Origin: an uncultured Bdellovibrionales bacterium
GTDB lineage: Bacteria > Bdellovibrionota > Bdellovibrionia > Bdellovibrionales > UBA1609
Reading direction: 5' to 3'
DNA length: 64,000 bases
Assembly: GCA_938001965.1 (NCBI GenBank)
Contig: CALLBC010000007.1
Coordinates: forward strand, 9,709 to 73,708
The position numbers were made by a program, and so were the translations under genes. Shown piece by piece: positions 60,849-64,000 of the stretch (position 1 is its first letter; every line of letters starts with the position of its first letter). The notes under the pieces were generated by a model. That model worked only from the letters and a program-made list of their open reading frames with translations, did not search any database and was not told the origin of the DNA.

Positions 60849-62570
60849 ATGAGTGACACTTTATTAAAAGTAGAGAACTTATCCATTGAATTTAAAACTG
60901 AAGGCGGAACAGTTAAAGCCCTTAAAAATATTTCTTTTGAAATCCCAAAAGGAAAAACTGTTGGTTTAGTTGGAGAGTCGGGGTCTGGAAAAAGTGTTTC
61001 ATCACTGGCAGTGATGGGTTTAATTCCCATGCCTCCTGGTAAAGTAACTTCAGGTAAAATTTTGTATAATGGCGAAGATTTGCTAACTAAATCTGATGCT
61101 GAAATGAGAAAGATTCGTGGAAATCAAATTTCAATGATTTTCCAAGAGCCAATGACATCTTTAAACCCAGTTTTCACTGTTGGTGATCAAATTTGTGAAA
61201 CATTAATGCTTCATCAAAATATGACTAAAAAAGAAGCCATGGCTGAAGCTTTAGAGCTTTTAGATCAAGTGGGAATTCCTGATCCAGCTGGACGTATCTT
61301 ATCTTACCCCCATGAAATGAGTGGAGGACAACGTCAGCGTGTTATGATTGCAATGGCCATTGCCTGTAAACCAGATTTACTAATTGCCGATGAGCCAACA
61401 ACAGCTCTTGATGTTACAATTCAAAAACAAATTTTAGAACTTCTTGCCTCTTTACAAAAAAAATATGGTATGAGTGTTTTATTTATTACTCATGATTTAG
61501 CAGTTATTGCTGACATCGCTGACGAAGTTATTGTTATGTACCGAGGCGATATCGTCGAAAAGGGTGATACAGTAAAAATATTTACAGAAGCTAAACACCC
61601 ATACACAAAGGGCTTACTAGCTTGCCGACCAGCACTAGATAGAAACCCTGAGCGCCTACCTACTGTGGATGACTTTATGACAGAAGATGGCAAAGAAAAG
61701 CCATTTGATGTGAGCGGATTAAAAGTGGCCAAAGGCTTTAGGCCCATCACTGACGACAATCCAGTGATCATGGAAGTTAAAAATTTAAAAAAATACTTCC
61801 CATTAAAAAAGAATTTCTGGGGAAAAGTTAAAAAGCATGTAAAGGCCGTTGATGATGTTTCTTTACAAGTAAGGCAAGGTCGTACTCTTGGATTAGTTGG
61901 TGAGTCCGGCTGTGGTAAAACAACTTTAGGACGAACTGTACTTCGCCTTCTTGAAGCCACAGATGGGCAAATTATTTATAAAGGCCAAGACATTACCAAC
62001 ATGAAAGGTAGTGAATTGCGTGATTTACGTAGAAATATTCAAATCATTTTCCAAGATCCATATGCATCATTAAATCCAAGAATGACTGTTGGCGCTGCTA
62101 TTATGGAGCCTTTAGTAATACATGGAGTTGGTAAAGATAAAGCCGAACGTAAAAAAATGGCCGGAGACCTAATGGACAAAGTTGGACTTAATCGTTCAAT
62201 GCTTAACCGTTACCCCCACGAGTTTTCTGGTGGCCAAAGGCAGCGTATTTGTATAGCTCGAGCTCTTGCTGTTAAGCCTGATTTCATAGTTTGTGACGAG
62301 TCTGTGTCAGCTCTTGATGTATCAGTTCAAGCACAAATCTTAAATCTACTTTTAGACTTACAAGAAGAGTTTAACTTAACTTATATATTTATTTCCCATG
62401 ACTTAGCTGTGGTTAAATTTATTTCAGATGAGTTAGCTGTAATGAATAGTGGACAGGTTGTTGAGTTTGCCGATGCCGTTGGAATTTATGAAAATCCAAA
62501 AATGGATTATACAAAAAAATTACTTAGCGCAATCCCTAAAGGAAAGCCAAAAGCTTTACTTAACACTTAA
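60849..62570 (+). CDS. ABC transporter ATP-binding protein with duplicated ATPase domains (DppD/DppF-fusion, YejF-like)
   Basis: Two Walker A sites ([16 protein letters not shown]), two signature motifs ([16 protein letters not shown]), two Walker B sites ([18 protein letters not shown]). ATG 60849 is preferred over the track start 60804 (GGAGG 5 nt upstream). Confidence 0.9.
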   Translation: MSDTLLKVENLSIEFKTEGGTVKALKNISFEIPKGKTVGLVGESGSGKSVSSLAVMGLIPMPPGKVTSGKILYNGEDLLTKSDAEMRKIRGNQISMIFQEPMTSLNPVFTVGDQICETLMLHQNMTKKEAMAEALELLDQVGIPDPAGRILSYPHEMSGGQRQRVMIAMAIACKPDLLIADEPTTALDVTIQKQILELLASLQKKYGMSVLFITHDLAVIADIADEVIVMYRGDIVEKGDTVKIFTEAKHPYTKGLLACRPALDRNPERLPTVDDFMTEDGKEKPFDVSGLKVAKGFRPITDDNPVIMEVKNLKKYFPLKKNFWGKVKKHVKAVDDVSLQVRQGRTLGLVGESGCGKTTLGRTVLRLLEATDGQIIYKGQDITNMKGSELRDLRRNIQIIFQDPYASLNPRMTVGAAIMEPLVIHGVGKDKAERKKMAGDLMDKVGLNRSMLNRYPHEFSGGQRQRICIARALAVKPDFIVCDESVSALDVSVQAQILNLLLDLQEEFNLTYIFISHDLAVVKFISDELAVMNSGQVVEFADAVGIYENPKMDYTKKLLSAIPKGKPKALLNT

Positions 62571-62594
62571 ATTTAAAAAATTGGTTTTTAAATA

Positions 62595-62984
62595 ATGAAA
62601 TTATTAACTAGCATATTGTTTGTTTACGTCCTAGCATCCTGTGCTAGCCACTATAACAAACCTCAATTAAGTATTAGAAACTCCAGCATGGCAGACCCTT
62701 ATAAGGAGCAAATTCGCAACGTTATTAGGGCCAATAAACTATCTATTAAAAAGTGTTACGAAGAAGGTCTTAAGCAAAATAAAAACTTATACGGCAAAAT
62801 CATATTAAAATGGCACTATATAAAAGGCGGCATTGTCACCAAAACTGAAGTAATATCTAATACACTAGGTGATGATATAGTTGCCCCGTGTATTTCAAAA
62901 GAAATAAAAACATTCATATTCCCTGAGCCTGGAGACGACAAAGAGGCAATAGTAACCTTCCCATTTGTCTTTAGCCCAAATTAA
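62595..62984 (+). CDS. Lipoprotein with AgmX/PglI-like (TonB-C-like) C-terminal domain
   Basis: 129 aa. Lipobox VLASC. The pattern I...I......KKCYE.GL..N..L.GKI.L.W.I...G.V........N.L.D..V..C....IK...FP.P is as I recall for this domain family. Confidence 0.6.
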   Translation: MKLLTSILFVYVLASCASHYNKPQLSIRNSSMADPYKEQIRNVIRANKLSIKKCYEEGLKQNKNLYGKIILKWHYIKGGIVTKTEVISNTLGDDIVAPCISKEIKTFIFPEPGDDKEAIVTFPFVFSPN

Positions 62985-63009
62985 CAAATAAATGACGGAA
63001 AAATAGTAT

Positions 63010-64000
63010 ATGAAAAAAAGAAATATTGTAGTTACACCAGCCTTGCCATATGCAAATGCTCCTTTACACATCGGACACTTGCTTGAGCACACACAAGCCA
63101 ATATTTGGTACTTATTCCAAAAGCTTCGTGGCCATAACTGCAAATTTATTTGTGGGTCTGATAGTCACGGCACCCCAATCATGCTTGCTGCGCGCAAACA
63201 AAAAATTGCTGAAGATAAATTTGTTGAAAACATGCGCCTTAACCATATTAAAGATCTTAATGACTTTGGAATTTACTACGATAAATTTTCATCCACTCAT
63301 ACAGAAACTCACAAAAAATACGTTTATGAGTTTTATGAGCAAATTAAAAAGTCAGATGCCATTGATGTGAGAACCATTGATCAATTGTACTCTGAAAATG
63401 AAGGAATGTTTTTGCCGGATCGATACATAAAAGGCACATGCCCTAAATGTAAGTCTGAAAATCAAAACGGTGATAATTGCGATAGCTGTGGAGCAACCTA
63501 CTCCCCTATGGATATGATAAATCCAAGAAGTGCTGAATCTGGCGAAGAGCTTGTGATTCGTCAGTCTGAGCATGTCTTTTTTAAACTAAACCAATACAAA
63601 GATTTTTTAACTAAATGGCTTCCTGAACACACCAACAAAGAAACTCACAATAAGGTTAAAGAATGGTTTAATGATGATTTAAAAGACTGGGATATCTCGA
63701 GGGACAATCCATACTTTGGCTTTGAAATTCCGGATAAGCCCGGAAAGTATTTTTATGTGTGGGCCGACGCCCCCATTGGATACTTATCAGCCACAGCAGA
63801 GGCTTGTGCTGAAAGCGGCGAAAACGTAGATGATTTCTGGAGAAACCCTGAGGCTGAAATTTATCATTTTATTGGTAAAGACATCGTTAACTTTCACTGC
63901 CTGTTTTGGCCTGCATTTTTAAGCTGCACTGACTTTAATTTACCAAATAGAATTTTTGTTCATGGCTTTTTAAATACTAATAATGAAAAAATGAGTAAAT
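63010..64000 (+). CDS. metG: Methionine--tRNA ligase, 5' partial (continues beyond the window)
   Basis: Not in the ORF track (open at the right edge). My translation from ATG 63010: MKKRNIVVTPALPYANAPLHIGHLLEH (HIGH motif)...CPKCKSENQNGDNCDSCG (zinc knuckles)...WDISRD...YVWADAPIGY...FVHGFLNTNNEKMSK (KMSKS at the window end). Confidence 0.93.
   Translation, partial: MKKRNIVVTPALPYANAPLHIGHLLEHTQANIWYLFQKLRGHNCKFICGSDSHGTPIMLAARKQKIAEDKFVENMRLNHIKDLNDFGIYYDKFSSTHTETHKKYVYEFYEQIKKSDAIDVRTIDQLYSENEGMFLPDRYIKGTCPKCKSENQNGDNCDSCGATYSPMDMINPRSAESGEELVIRQSEHVFFKLNQYKDFLTKWLPEHTNKETHNKVKEWFNDDLKDWDISRDNPYFGFEIPDKPGKYFYVWADAPIGYLSATAEACAESGENVDDFWRNPEAEIYHFIGKDIVNFHCLFWPAFLSCTDFNLPNRIFVHGFLNTNNEKMSK

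Noticed and set aside
61490-61960. 156-aa antisense ORF inside the ABC ATPase gene
   Set aside because: Long antisense frames are common in ABC ATPase genes. The product is Ser/Thr/Pro-rich low-complexity sequence with no start context.
62895-63573. ORFs 62895-63143(-), 63050-63370(+) and 63352-63573(-)
   Set aside because: They overlap the hand-translated metG frame (63010 onward), which carries the HIGH, zinc-knuckle and KMSKS motifs. These are out-of-frame or antisense artefacts.

Overview
AT-rich bacterial chromosomal segment with about 62 protein-coding genes. I found no rRNA or tRNA genes, no CRISPR array, and no transposase, integrase or phage genes. The gene content suggests a Bdellovibrio-and-like (deltaproteobacterial-type) organism, by inference only. 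The pointers are two tandem short flagellins behind a sigma-28-type promoter, an NtrC-type sigma-54 activator, an AgmX/PglI-like lipoprotein, many signal-peptide orphan proteins and Chlamydia-type folate genes. Housekeeping genes are trmFO, glmU-glmS, tsaC-purD, thyA-folA, rnr, recQ, valS and a 5' partial metG. Two edge-truncated genes missing from the ORF track were recovered by hand translation: a YiiX-like gene at 1-602(-) and metG at 63010-64000(+). A cofactor neighbourhood holds a TPP-riboswitch-controlled thiM-thiE-thiL::thiD-thiC operon and a CADD(pABA-synthase-like)-folB-folKP-cofE-like operon. The most interesting regions are these. (1) 8972-16337(-) is a translationally coupled 7-gene operon: acyltransferase-like orphan, Rieske oxygenase, membrane desaturase/hydroxylase, P450, free-standing condensation domain, GH3 adenylase and Mpo1/DUF962. 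It has no carrier protein and is a candidate pathway for an oxidised acyl-amide/ester lipid that I cannot match to any characterised system. (2) 47451-49697(+) is a 3-gene cassette (GNAT/LuxI-like-fold orphan, heme-oxygenase-like diiron oxidase, orphan) flanked by two XRE regulators. It sits behind a TAAA-N15-GCCGATTA motif nearly identical to the flagellin promoter. (3) 721-1020 is a GC-rich composite repeat, a 147-bp tandem duplication closed by a 38-bp inverted repeat. (4) 56946-60586(-) is an operon of three secreted orphan proteins. All family assignments come from motifs read in the translations. No database search was run.
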